Part shown: positions 12,741 to 25,599 of the stretch, piece by piece | Position numbering within the stretch: position 1 is the stretch's first letter | Layout of the letters: every line of letters starts with the position of its first letter | Made by a program: the position numbers and the translations under genes | The notes under the pieces: model-generated | The model's database searches: none | Told to the model about the DNA's origin: nothing | What the model saw: only the letters and a program-made list of their open reading frames with translations | DNA from: Octopus sinensis | Lineage: Eukaryota | Length of the DNA: 64,000 nt | Assembly (NCBI RefSeq): GCF_006345805.1 | Contig: NC_043008.1 | Location: 52,824,001 to 52,888,000, forward strand | Direction of reading: 5' to 3'

Positions 12741-13024
12741 TTATTTTATTTATTTATATATATATAAAAATATATATATATATACACATATATATACACA
12801 TAAACAAATATATATCTATATACATATATATATACACACACAAATATATAAAAAGATATGATTCATTATTATATTAGGAGATTGTACATACATTTTAACA
12901 CTTTACAGTATACTTACATACATACATAATTCTATACATCAATCTAAAACAACAGGATTACTAAAGGAAGTCTGGAAATTAAGAGAAAAGAAAACCAAAA
13001 GGTCTCATGATATTCATTGAAGGA

Positions 13025-13118
13025 TTTATTTCAGATATTCTCATTTTAAAAATCATCTCCGGTTAATCGTTGAGAGGACGTTGGTGTTGCATGGGCGGAG
13101 ATTTGTGCTCTCTAAGTG
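13025..13118 (+). mobile_element. 3' end fragment of a HINE/Helentron-like non-autonomous element
   Basis: CATTTTAAAAATCATCTCC...GGGCGGAGATTTGTGCTCTCTAAGTGC is shared with the copies at 41115 and 52961. Confidence 0.65.
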
Positions 13119-13777
13119 CTGCTTATTATTATTATTATTATTATTATTATAACATTTTTTTATGTAGTAAGAGGCTTCCCTAATATAAAGTGAATTTTTA
13201 ACCCCGTTTCAAGCTCCATTTGGAACTTCACTTTTAATTGTAAATTAGTCATAACAATTCTTCACTCCATTCCATACACACACACAACCCCCAACTCATT
13301 TCTTCTGATTGCAATGAGGTTTCAATAAAGGAGAAATCAAGAAGGAAATTAAGAGATTCTACTGCTCGGAATATAACCACAAGTGACTCCTAAAGATGCA
13401 AGTTTCAGGGATGTGACATGTCTGAGAATAATAAACAAATGATATGCCATGTAATGATTGCGTGGAAGGTGGGCTGGGACAAGGTGAAGGCATGACAATA
13501 AAATCCTTTAGATTTTTCAATTCCACCTCTCCATTCTCTAAATATAGTTTTGTAATTAACAAAAAAAAAATTTCGTGTTTTGTTTAGTTATTTGTGGTTT
13601 TGGAGAGGAAGAGAGAGAGAGAACTATAACAATGAAACCATTAACTATATGGTAACTATGGTAACTATATGGAACAAAGACAAAAGAAATCCCAAAATCA
13701 TCTGCAACAAAGATTCATTATCGTTTTGATGACAAATATTTGTTTTAGGTGTTTTGTTAGATGAATATTTGTTTTAG

Positions 13778-14200
13778 ATAAGAAGTTTGCTTCCCAACCA
13801 CATGATTCCAGGTTCAATCTCACTGCATGGCAGCACCTTGGGCATGTGTCTTCTACTATCATCTCTTACTTACTTGTACTTGTGGTGACATTCACCCTGG
13901 GTGGGTTGAGTCAGCTTCTTCTACCACCCTCGAGGCATCTCGAACCATGGTAGCCCATGCACGATGGTCCTGCACCAGTTCACTGGAGATAGCGAGCCAG
14001 TCACGGTTCCATCAGCGCAGGCTGACCACATGTGGTCCCGTGAGCACGGTGAGGTCCTCCTTGATCGTTGTAACCCATTGTCGACTATCATCTCGGGTTA
14101 CAGTAGATTTGTTAGACAGAAACTAAAAGAAGCCCATTGCATATATATATATGTATGTATGTGTACATGTGTTACAGTTTCCTTACTTTGACATCAAGTA
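13778..14200 (+). mobile_element. SINE family A interrupted by an RTE fragment
   Basis: The head runs 13778-13865 and the body resumes at 14095 (GGG...AGTAGATTTGTTAGACAGAAACTAAAAGAAGCCC). Confidence 0.8.
13866..14083 (-). mobile_element. 5'-truncated RTE-clade LINE with an 11-bp TSD
   Basis: Reads RQWVTTIKEDLTVLTGPHVVSLR*WNRDWLAISSELVQDHRAWATMVRDASRVVEEADSTHPG*, followed by a CAAGTA-type tail. TSD ACTATCATCTC at 13855-13865 and 14084-14094. Confidence 0.85.
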
Positions 14201-15289
14201 ATAGTTGTCAGTAGGATTTTCCCGGCCAGATGCTTTTCTTGTCATCAACCAACACCTATTTTCCAAGTGTCAGGAAATGTCAACAAATGTTACCAGTTGC
14301 AACATAGTTGTGACAGCCTTTGTAGCTGTAACTGTAAATATTCACACACACACACACACACACACACAATAGACTTCTTTGAGTTTCCACCTATCAAATT
14401 TCCTCATAAGGTATCGATCACCCAGAACATACTTGTCCAAGATACCATGCAGTTGAAATGAACCCAAAGCTATGTGGTTGAGAAGTTTGGTTTCTGGTTC
14501 AGTTCCACTGCAAGGTACATTGTCCAAATGTCTTCTTTCCACTATAGCCCTGGGTTGACGAAATCCTTTAAGTGGATTTGGTAGATGGAAACTGAAGCCC
14601 AGTGTGTGGTAGAGTTGTACCTTCTTGTTTTGATATCTTGTGATAATTGTAAACAAGTTTTACTGTCATACAAGCAATATCATTAGTCTCCTATGTTCCA
14701 TGAAAACATGCCTGTCCATGGGGAAATATTACCCTGCTCGGAAACAAGCAATATGTAGTGGGATCAGTGGAAGAGGAGAGCCTAAAGTTAGAGAATTCAT
14801 TAAATATCTAAACTCAAGTTGAAATATGTTTCTTTGCTAAGAACACTATTTATATGGGTTTGCTTGAATCTTATGTAGCGTGAAAGTAGAGTTCAAACCT
14901 TTGAGATACTCTACCATAGTCACAGGTGGGGGACAAGCAGAGAGAGGAGTGGTATGAAAAGAATAAAAGGGAGAAATTTTGAATGGGTGTGGCGCTTGAA
15001 TGTGTATATGAGGTAGGATTATTTGATTCTATTGTCCCATTAACCAACTCTACCACTCCCAGTGCATTTCGTTCATATTTACACCTGTATACACTCACCT
15101 AGATCTATACACATAATTAACTATTAAAGTGGTAAGTCTTTCAAAGCCTAAGAAAGACAGTACTGCATTTTATTGCAGAACAAATCATTTGTTTATAGTG
15201 ATCAAATGTTTGTACGGCATATAAGCTCAATCTCTCCACTGAACTAATATTACCTACACAGGTGCCCGGTGTAGAAGTCAAAGTGAATG

Positions 15290-15410
15290 TAGAGCAACAC
15301 TAAATGAAGTGGTTTGCTCAAGAACACAATGTACCACCCAGCCTGGAAACTGAACCCACAATTTCATGATTTATGAGTGCAACATCCTAACCACTAGGCT
15401 ACGTGTCCTC
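15290..15410 (-). mobile_element. SINE family D head and middle, diverged
   Basis: Similar to 48482-48747 (TTGAGCAAA...ACTTCATTT, tRNA-like head). Confidence 0.7.
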
Positions 15411-15749
15411 ACTACAATCAACTGCACCAACTAATAGACACACACATCTTACACATATATACCCTGCTTCTCTCCTTCCTCCCCAACACAATCATACAAT
15501 GAGGCACGTACATAATCTCATACATTCCTTTTCACCAATATCCAAATCACACTTAGCACTTAACCCTTTTGTCACCATATAAATGTTGAGCTACACTGCT
15601 TTTGTTTCAATTAATTTTGAAGCTAATAAAGAATTTTGTAAGATATCTTTAATGTATATTCATCTGTTTGAAGTTGAGATTTCACTCCAATGCTACTCTG
15701 AACTTGACTATTATCATTACTTTCCTCAAGACAGTGTCTGTCTATCTGT

Positions 15750-15979
15750 CTATGCATGCATGCATACATGCATACATACATACATACATACATACATACA
15801 TACATACACACACATACACACACATACATACACACACACACACACACATACATACACACACATACATACACACACATACATACATACATACACATACATA
15901 CATACATACACATACATACATACACATACATACACATACATACATACATACATACACATACATACACATACATACATAC

Positions 15980-16055
<76 letters not shown>
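15750..16055. repeat. (CATA)n/(CA)n/(TA)n compound microsatellite
   Basis: Direct reading; source of six ORF-track artefacts. Confidence 0.95.
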
Positions 16056-16056
<1 letters not shown>

Positions 16057-16200
16057 GGCGTTAGGAAGGGCATCCAGCCGAGAAACATTGCCAGATCAGA
16101 CTGGGCCTGGTGCAGCCTTCTGGCTTCCCAGACCCCAGTTGAACCGTCCAACCCATGCTAGCATGGAAAGCGGATGCTAAACGATGATGATGATGATGAT
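16056..16200 (+). mobile_element. SINE family C, 3' part, young
   Basis: CCAGATCAGACTGGGCCTGGTGCAGCCTTCTGGCTTCCCAGACCCCAGTTGAACCG is shared with 18729 and 24851; (GAT)n tail. Confidence 0.9.
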
Positions 16201-16444
16201 CTTTGTCATTATTCAGCTGGTGTTTAGAGCATAGATTAACATGAAATTTTCAATGGACAACTTCAGTTTAAACCACTCTAAATCAGGAAGCATGTATCAT
16301 ACATAGAACCAAGTGTTGTCACACACAGGTTGGTATCAAAATAAGCTAAAACTAAATCAAAATAGTAAACTAAATAAACAATAAAGAAAACAAAATCTGA
16401 ACAAACCAGCTTGAAAAAAATTTTTCCACATTCTCACAACTGTA

Positions 16445-16519
<75 letters not shown>

Positions 16520-16798
16520 AACTATTTGTACGTTTACATATATGATGCATACTTAATAACAGAAACCTTTAATAAAGGACTAACAAACCACTTCACATGT
16601 ATTCTAAATGGAGAATGAGTCAGAGGGGGGTTTCATTACTAATAAATAAATGAAAAACTGAAAGACCAACGCACTGCATTCACCTGAACCACAAATAATT
16701 AAATATTTGGCATTATTAATTATATTGATATGAAAAACATTAACATTACACAGGTAGAAGATATCTTATGTATGTATATATGTGTGTGTGTGTGTGTG

Positions 16799-16868
<70 letters not shown>

Positions 16869-16880
16869 ATATATATATAT
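16445..16880. repeat. Two (GT)n microsatellites (about 16445-16518 and 16770-16880)
   Basis: Direct reading. Confidence 0.9.
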
Positions 16881-17389
16881 GTATAATATTTATTTGATAT
16901 TAATACACTGTTTTTATTAGCCTATGTTGTTATTAATACTTGAAAGTACAACATTTTATTTAATATGACAACATTCGTTTTAGCATCGGAGCTGAAGTAG
17001 AAAACTGGGAAACACACTTCAGGACATGTGAACACCTACACGTCTTCCTCTCCTTGTTGCCTGACCACAAATGATTTTAACATTTCAGAAAGTCACACAA
17101 TTGACTGAATACAAATTCCACAATATTTCAAAACTATTGTCACAACAACAGATGATTGATATTTCTCCTCACTTGCAATGCTATTTTCTAAGTTTCATAT
17201 TTCAGTATGTAACTTCTGTGGGGTTTTATTACTCGTTTCAGCTTGGTACCTTTAATGGCTTCAAATTTTGGCACAATGCCAACAATTATGAGAGGAGTGG
17301 GTATGCTGTTGACATCAACTTCAGAAGGAAGGGGAGGGGGAGTTTCAAGCCATAATAATAATAATTATATATATTTCTTTACTACACAC

Positions 17390-17630
17390 ATGGGGCCAAA
17401 CACAGAGAGGACAATAATCCTTTCTTCTTTAGGTACAAGGCCTGAAAGTTTGCAGGCTAATAACTAGTCAAACACATCATGCTCAGTATTTGACTGGTAC
17501 TCCAGCCCCAAGAGGATGAAAAGTAAAGCTGACTTTAGAGGAATTTGAACTCAGATCACAAAGACAGGCAAAATGCCATTATGCATTAATGTCTGGCATG
17601 CTAACGATTCTAACCAACTCACCACTGTAG
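17390..17630 (-). mobile_element. SINE family B, old subfamily with an alternative tail
   Basis: Reverse complement contains TTCTGAGTTCAAATTCC...GCTTTACTTTTCATCCTCTT. Confidence 0.65.
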
Positions 17631-18124
17631 TAGTAGTAGTAGTAGTAGTAGTTTCATTATTTGCCTCAAGGATAATTGATGAGGAGGAAAGTCATTAATG
17701 CTGTTCTAAGACTCCTTTCACAATTCTCTAGTCACAACAGCACCATATAAAGTAAAAAGCCATCTATGGTAACAACATCAATGTCAGTGGAACTGTAGAA
17801 ATGGCACAAGTCTAAAGAGATGACTCAACATTGACCCACAAAGAAAAAAAAAAAATTCCAGAGTCCTAAGTTTTATTTGTTGCTGTTTTCGTGATGGTAG
17901 TGGTGGTTTTCTTTTGTCGCACTTTAAGTACGAGCTAATTAAAATGTAACCACTCATTAAATAAGCTCTTTGAATACAACATCACTGCCATTACCACCAC
18001 CACCGCCTTTAAACAGATGTTTACCAATAAACCTAGTTGTAAGCAGCTAAAAATAAGACAATGGTTAGCTGTAAATAACATTAACCACAAATCCTTGCTT
18101 TTTTACTCAACTTTTACACTGATC

Positions 18125-18560
18125 ATCCATCCATCCATCCATTTTCTCTGCCCACTATTCCCAGGGGAGGCGGGAGAGTCATGGAGTCGGAGTTCTCAAG
18201 CACCTATTCCATAGGATCTTATAAGCAACTGTATTTACACTTTCTGGACGGATTCCCAAGTTTGACCAATTGAACTATCTTGTTCCTGACCAAGAAGAAC
18301 CAGCTTGCTCTTGATCCACCCCTAGGCCTCCTGCTAGTTACAACATTTTAATCACATGTCTGTAGTACCAGAGCCATGAACTCTCAATGCAAAGACATAG
18401 CAGTTTGGCTTGAGAGATCCCCTGATTTCCAAGCTATGCTCCTTGTCAAATAACATTACCCCAGAGATGCTTTGGAGGAACCCCATTTTAGTCGCTTTCT
18501 ATTTGCGACTGTCTTCTTACCCACAGACTAGAAGTTCTCAAATTGAAGGATATTAGGCTT
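18125..18560 (-). mobile_element. Decayed Expander/Rex3-like RTE LINE 3' end
   Basis: Across frameshifts it reads ATKMGFLQSISGVMLFDKEHSLEIRGSL, LCIESSWLWYYRHV and RRPRGGSRASW. It ends in an (ATGG)n tail. Confidence 0.75.
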
Positions 18561-18728
18561 CACCAAAATATTAGTGAAATTTCACCTCACTCCTTATCTT
18601 CAACATACATGTTTTTTTTTTCTTTTTTTATTGAGAAGACAAAATAAGAGTTTGCATCCATATAATTCTTCTTTTTTCACAATGGTCTTAGACCAGTTTA
18701 AAACATGGGAAAACATCTTAATTTTATT

Positions 18729-18903
18729 GTAAAAAGCACCCACTACACTCACGGAGTGGTTGGTGTTAGGAAAGGCATCCAGCTGCAGAAACACTGCCAG
18801 ATCAGACTGGGCCTGGTGCAGCCTTCTGGCTTCCCAGACCCCAGTTGAACCGTCCAACCCATGCTAGCATGGAAAGCGGACGCTAAATGATGATGATGAT
18901 GAT
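18729..18903 (+). mobile_element. SINE family C, young
   Basis: Near-identical to 16056-16200; (GAT)n tail. Confidence 0.9.
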
Positions 18904-18994
18904 TTGTCTGTCCCCTTTATGAATCCTCACAGGCCCACCACTCTCTCTTGCTCTAGTCACCATGTGAGGTCAGATAAAGGCTATCTTCTTTTAT

Positions 18995-19680
18995 CTCTGT
19001 TGTTTCAGTCATTTAACAGCAGCCATGCTGTGGCACTGTTTTAAAGAGTTTAGTTCAGGGCTGGCCAACCTGAGGCCCAAGGGCCGCATGAGGCCTGCTT
19101 GGTACTGTCTTGAAATGGGTTCATTTAAACAAACATTTCAAAAATTTTATCAAAAATTAAAGATTGTAATGAAAAGTAAAAACTAACAATAATATTGTTT
19201 TTGCAATGATAATATTTCATGTTGAATCAACAATCATTCTTTCATTATTGTAATAACAGCATGAGAAAGCAAAATGCTTTCAATTCAGTCAGTATACAGG
19301 AGGCCCTCAAAAAACTTTCTGTGATTAAAGTGACTCACAATGTAATTCGAGTTGGCCAGGCCTAGTTTAGTTGAACATATTGAAACCAGTAGATATTTTA
19401 GTGTCTGGTACTGATTCTATATTCCCTTTTGCCAAACTGCTAAGTTACAGCAATGTAAACAAACCAACATTGGTTCTCGAGCAGTGGTGGGGGACAAACA
19501 CAAATACACACATACATATATAAGACAAGCTTCTACATAGCGTCTACCAAATTCACACACAAGCCACTGGTTGGCTCAGGGCTATAATAGAAGACACTTG
19601 CCCAAGGTGCTGTGCAGTGGGACCAAACCTGAAACTACATGATTACAAAGCGAGCTTCTTAACTACACAGACATACAGCA
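18995..19680 (-). mobile_element. SINE family A (diverged) interrupted by a hAT MITE
   Basis: Tail at about 19000 and head at about 19670, split at GTTTAGTT. Confidence 0.75.
19056..19364. mobile_element. hAT (Charlie-like) MITE, 309 bp
   Basis: TIRs CAGGGCTGGCCAAC / GTTGGCCAGGCCTA (12 of 14 match). Perfect 8-bp TSD GTTTAGTT at 19048-19055 and 19365-19372. Confidence 0.88.
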
Positions 19681-20399
19681 TCTCTGGTAAACAAAAGCAA
19701 AAAAAGTATGAAATATTCTGCATCAAGATTGAACCTGGGGCTTCAAAATTGCAAAGCAAACTGCTTAACCATTCAGCTGTGCTCACGTGAGTGTATAAAT
19801 GACTATACATACACAATGGATGCGAGATCAAAACATGATATAACTGACCACACAATCATACGTTTATGTTGGTCAATAAGCAGACTCGAGGTCACAACAA
19901 ATGGAATTTGCCCAAAGTGCTGTACTGTTGGATTGAACTGAAAACCATACAGTTACAAAACAAATTTCCTAACCGCACAGCTAGCTATTCCAGCACCCAC
20001 TACACTTTCATTGCAGCCATTTCCAAACACTAATTAGATCACCTTGTTAACAAAAACTATCAACTACCAACTAGCAAGCTGTCTGGGCAGTTTATGGAGT
20101 TCATTTTATGGGTGCTCATACAGTTAACTACTTGCTACAAGGTAAACATAGGCAATAACAAAAGAAAGCATGGATAAGTGAAACCAGGTCACTACTGAAA
20201 TGAGAATTTGCTTACAAAGTTGGGAATAATTCCAAAAGAAATGAGATTAACAGCTCCAAATCACACCCCATTATTTGAACAGTAGCAGTAGTAGTAATAG
20301 TAGTAAAATTATTCTTTTTAAGTTTTTACATTTAGCACCCCAGTAGAAGCAAGGATTGGATATTACTGTAAATATTTAGTATCTGTGTATGTGTTTGGA

Positions 20400-20549
20400 G
20401 AGAGAGAGAGAGAGAGATTATATAGATATATGTAGAAGGAGATGTGTATGTATGTATATACGCACGTAATATACACACACACACATATTCACATACCCAT
20501 ACAAATGTGTGTGCACACAATATATATATATATAATATATATATATATA

Positions 20550-20580
<31 letters not shown>

Positions 20581-21587
20581 GAAGGAATTCCTTTGAAAAT
20601 TGCTGTCCAAAATATTCCTGGAGAATGTGTGGGTCAAATAAGATGAATGGAACTGGGAAACTGTCGGAAACAAGGAACCAAGGAAGGAAAAGATAGAAGA
20701 ATGGAGATGCTCATATTTGTTAAATGAAACACACTTATGCAACAAGATAGAGAGAGAGAGAGATTATATAGATATATGTAGAAGGAGATGTGTATGTATA
20801 TAAAGAGATACATACAAATATACACATATGTGCATACATATATAGTTGAATGCCTTTTATTAAGTGAAATTGTTTTGCCACTCAATAACAGAAAGAAATT
20901 AGTCTATATTTTCAAGTGTTCAAAATCAAAATGACACGGCTGATACATTGAGAAGAATTCATAAGAAAATGGAACTATTCTCCACAAAAAGGAATATTTT
21001 TTTCCACAAAGAAACTGTCAACATTAATTTCAGTCAACCAAATTAAATATATATACTCTACTTCATGATATTGAGTGCTGTTTCTTTACTTTGTTTCAAG
21101 TATTACCATATCATATATGTATGGATGAATGTGTAAATACATATATATATATATATGATTGAGATTTTTTGTGTCAATTCCAAAAATTGAACTGTGATTC
21201 TCATGGACATCCATTAAGTTAGATATTCAAGTAAAAACTACTGCTGAATCAAAAGCTTTATACATAATAACTTCCATATTCACCCAGTAAACATTATCCA
21301 CCACATACACACACAGCCAATCATTTATATACATTATATAATACCTATATGTATACATACATGCATGAAATAAATAAAAATCATAATGCATAGAAACTGG
21401 CAAGTTTTTGTGTGTGTTTAAGATGGCAAAGGGCCGTGATGGATATAAGATGATGAGGATGATGATGACCTTGCAAGTGAAATAATAAAAGCACACATCC
21501 TGATTGTATGTGTGTATATGTATATACACACGTAATATACACACACACACACACATATTCACATATACACATACCCATACAAATGAC

Positions 21588-21641
<54 letters not shown>

Positions 21642-22101
21642 ATATATATATATATGATTGAGATTTTTTGTGTCAATTCCAAAAATTGAACTGTGATTCT
21701 CATGGACATCTATTAAGTTGGATATTCAAGTAAAAACTACTGCTGAATCAAAAGCTTTATACATAATAACTTCCATATTTACCTAGTAAACATTATCCAC
21801 CACATACACACACAGCCAATCATTTATATACATTATATAATACCTATATGTATACATACATGCATGAAATAAATAAAAATCATAATGCATAGAAACTGGC
21901 AATTTTTTTTTGTGTTTAAGATGGCAAAGGGCCGTGATGGATATAAAATGATGAGGATGATGATGACCTTGCAAGTGAAATAATAAAAGCACACATCCTG
22001 ATTGTATGTGTGTGTATGTATGTATATACGCACGTAATATACACACACACACATATATTCACATATACACACACCCATACAAATGTGTGTGCACACAATA
22101 T

Positions 22102-22180
<79 letters not shown>

Positions 22181-22355
22181 GGAATTCCTTTGAAAATTGC
22201 TGTCCAAAATATTCCTGGAGAATGTGTGGGTCAAATAAGATGAATGGAACTGGGAAACTGTCGGAAACAAGGAACCAAGGAAGGAAAAGATAGAAGAATG
22301 GAGATGCTCATATTTGTTAAATGAAACACACTTATGCAACAAGATAGAGAGAGAG
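20400..22355 (+). repeat. Mosaic local duplication of microsatellite-bounded blocks
   Basis: Block C at 20581-20760 and 22178-22355. Block D at 21157-21510 and 21656-22010. Block B at about 20455, 21525 and 22025. Block A at about 20405 and 20755. Confidence 0.9.
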
Positions 22356-22719
22356 AGAGAGTAGGTGAGGGAGAGTGGGTGAGGGAGAGAAAGTAGAATG
22401 TGTGAATCAGCAACCATTCTTGAAGAGGTTCAGATGAAATTTGACTGCAATGGAATTTTATTAGGTCAGGGGACAATAAAAGGAGATAAATTTACAAAAC
22501 CCTTATTTTCTTCTACATTGCTGCTATTGTTGATGATGATGACGATGGTGATATAATAGGTTAATATCGTTGAGTTTTGTTGCATTTCTTATTTGAATGG
22601 ATCGTGTGTGCATGCGTAGCAGGGTTTGTCAGCAGATGCATGGAATTGCAATCCTAAAGCATGACTGATGTTGTCAACATTGAATGACGGACCTGAGGTA
22701 TGAAAGAGAAACTAGCTTT

Positions 22720-23132
22720 GAGAGCGAGAGAGAAGGGAGAGGCAAACAGCAAAGAGAAGAAGAGAGTGACATGGATTTAAACGGGGGGGGGGAGAAAGAG
22801 AGAGATAGGGAGAGTGGTATACATTCAGAGGGTGGGTAAAGGAGCATGAATTGAAGGAGGGAGAGACAGATAGACAGAGAGAGGTACATAGAGAGACAGG
22901 GAGAGAGAGACAAGTATGGTGTAAAGGTGTTTGAGAAACAAATTGCATAGAGTGAATGAGAGATATAAACAACAGATGGGGTGGATGGGGTGAGCTAAAG
23001 TGGGAGTGGGGTGGGGATAAAAAAAATGAGATAGTGACAGAAAATAACCAAGAGAACCATACACACACAGATTGATAAATATAAAACAGGAAAAGAAAGT
23101 TAAAAGATAGAGACAGAGAGAGGGACAGAGAA

Positions 23133-23163
<31 letters not shown>

Positions 23164-23709
23164 TAGACAGAGATAGAGAAAGATAGAGATAGAAAGAGAG
23201 AGAGAGAGACAGAGATAGAAAGAGAGAGAGAGACAGAGAGAGACAGAGAGAGAAAGAGATAGATAGATGGAGAGACAGAGAAAGAGATAGATGAAGAGAG
23301 AGAGAAAAAGAGATAGATGAAGAGAGAGAAAAAGAGATAGATGGAGAGACAGAGAGAAAGAGACAGAGAGAGAAAGAGAGACAAAGAGAGAAAGAGAGAC
23401 AAAGAGAGAAAGAGAGACAAAGAGAGAAAGAGAGACAAAGAGAGAGAGAGACAAAGAGAGAGAGACAGAGAGAGAGAGACAGAGAGAGAAAGAGAGACAG
23501 AGAGAGAAAGAGAGACAGAGAAAGATAGAGAGACAGAGAAAGATAGAGAGACAGAGAAAGATAGAGAGACAGAGATAGATAGAGAGACAGAAAGATAGAG
23601 AGACAGAGAAAGATAGAGAGACAGATAAAGAAGGACAGAGAGACTGATAGAGACAGGCAGACAGAGTAAATATACATGTGTATATGTATGTGTATACACA
23701 CACACACCT

Positions 23710-23744
<35 letters not shown>

Positions 23745-23760
23745 AATGTAAAAGAGAAGG
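22720..23760. repeat. About 1 kb purine-rich (GA) tract with 18-bp subrepeats
   Basis: AGAGAGACAGAGAAAGAT and AGAGAGAAAGAGAGACAA units. Confidence 0.92.
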
Positions 23761-23862
23761 AGAGAGAAATAGAGAAGTAGGTAACAAAAAGGTGTTTGCA
23801 AGGGTTGATAAGATGCAGCTACACGTGTTTATTGAAAGGAAATCAGATAGGCAGGCAGACAG

Positions 23863-23908
<46 letters not shown>

Positions 23909-24417
23909 TTTCATGTAGATTAGAAAGCAGGAAAATATTTTCGAAATAGTTTTGTTATGAATGAAATTTTTGAGACAGGATCTGCTCCTTAAGAAATCAA
24001 TAGAAAAGGTCAAGAGCCAAATAATTATTCCGCCTTGACGCTTCTCCCACCAGTCAAGTCACTAACGGCAAGCAACATTTGGGAAAATGCAGTGAGAAGC
24101 AACAATAACAAACAGCTTAGGAATGTCATTCCAAAGGGATTTTGCAGCCGAGTGATACATTGACAATAATAGAGGAATGTGAAAATACATACATTATATA
24201 TACATACATTACATATATATATATATATTATATAATATTTCTTTATAATAATTTGGCTGCTGTGTCTAAAGTTCGGTATGTGGTTAAGCAAATTTTTTTG
24301 CTGAACCCTAATTATAATTATACTCAGAATTATAAAGAAATATTGTTTAAGTTTACCGAAAATGGTCCTTTTAACATGCCGAATACTACTTGGTGGAATT
24401 ATTAATTACTAATATAT

Positions 24418-24459
<42 letters not shown>

Positions 24460-24460
24460 G

Positions 24461-24836
24461 TGCAGTTGTGGTTTTGTGGTAAGAAGCTTGCTTCCCAACC
24501 ACATGGCTCTGGGTTTAGTTCCACTGCGTGGCACTTTAGGCAAGTGTCTTCTACTATAGCCTTGGACCAACCAAAGCCTTGTGAGTGGATTTAGTAGACG
24601 GAAACTGAAAGGAGCTCGTCGTATATATGTGCATGTGTGTGTGTGTGTGTGTCACACCCATTACAACTTGACAATTGGTGCTGGTATGTTTACATCCCCA
24701 TAACTTAGTAGTTTGCAAAAAAGACTGATAAAGTAAATACTAGGCTTAAGTCCCTAGTATTAAGGTCGATTGCTCAGCTAATACCCTTTAAGGAGGTGCT
24801 CTAGCATGGCTACAGTCAAAGTGACTGAAACAAGTA
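24461..24836 (+). mobile_element. SINE family A, full-length
   Basis: Head, middle and tail present. Confidence 0.88.
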
Positions 24837-24850
24837 TATATATATATACT

Positions 24851-24987
24851 TGTTAGGAAGGAAGGGCATCCAGCTGTAGAAACACTGCCAGATCAGACTG
24901 GGCCTGGTGCAGCCTTCTGGCTTCCCAGACCCCAGTTGAACCGGCCAACCCATGCCAGCATGGAAAGCGGACGTTAAACGATGATGA

Positions 24988-24991
<4 letters not shown>
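24851..24991 (+). mobile_element. SINE family C, 3' part, young
   Basis: Near-identical to 16056 and 18729. Confidence 0.9.
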
Positions 24992-25023
<32 letters not shown>

Positions 25024-25025
25024 CT

Positions 25026-25438
25026 GCAGGTATGGCTGAGTGGTTAAGAAGCTTGCTTTGCAGACTGGTGGTTTTGAGTTCAGTCAAACTGCATGGCATC
25101 TTAGACAAGAGTCATCTACTATAGCTCTGGGCCAACTAGTGGTCAGTGAATGAATTTATTAGATGGAAACTGTGTAGAAGCCTGCCATATATATATGTAG
25201 ACACAGAGAGAGATCTAAATATATATGCATGTGCTTTTATGTTTACCCACCCCTTCCTTACTACTTGACAACCGGTGTTGGTCTGTTTACATCTCTAAGT
25301 TAGCAGTTGGTGAAAGAAATCAAAAGACTTTTTTTAAAAAAATAAGTGTTAGGATTAATTTGTTCAGCTAATCCCTTCAATGTGGTACCCCAGCATAGCT
25401 GCAGTTCAATGACTAAAAGAAGTAAAGAGTAAAAGATA
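25026..25438 (+). mobile_element. SINE family A, diverged
   Basis: Head, middle and tail present. Confidence 0.8.
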
Positions 25439-25599
25439 TATACAGGTGTATATATACACATATACATAGATAGAAGAGGATGAGGAGGGAAGGAAAAGGA
25501 AAAAGAAAGCATACATAAAAAGAATTATAAAAGAGATATCAATGCAACTTAGTCTGCCTCTGGTTCTTTGATAACAAAAACTACTTGGTTTAAAGAGCT

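Noticed and set aside
15583-16180. Overlapping His/Thr/Tyr- or Cys/Val-rich ORFs
   Set aside because: They come from the (CATA)n/(CA)n microsatellite and are open in several frames on both strands.
22668-22697. Short ATG-started frame (MLSTLNDGPE) ending at GAG|GTATGA
   Set aside because: It is only 10 codons, expected by chance, and has no partner exon.
22712-23904. ORFs of 233-359 aa
   Set aside because: They are translations of the (GA/CT)n tract (LSLS, ERER) with no complexity.
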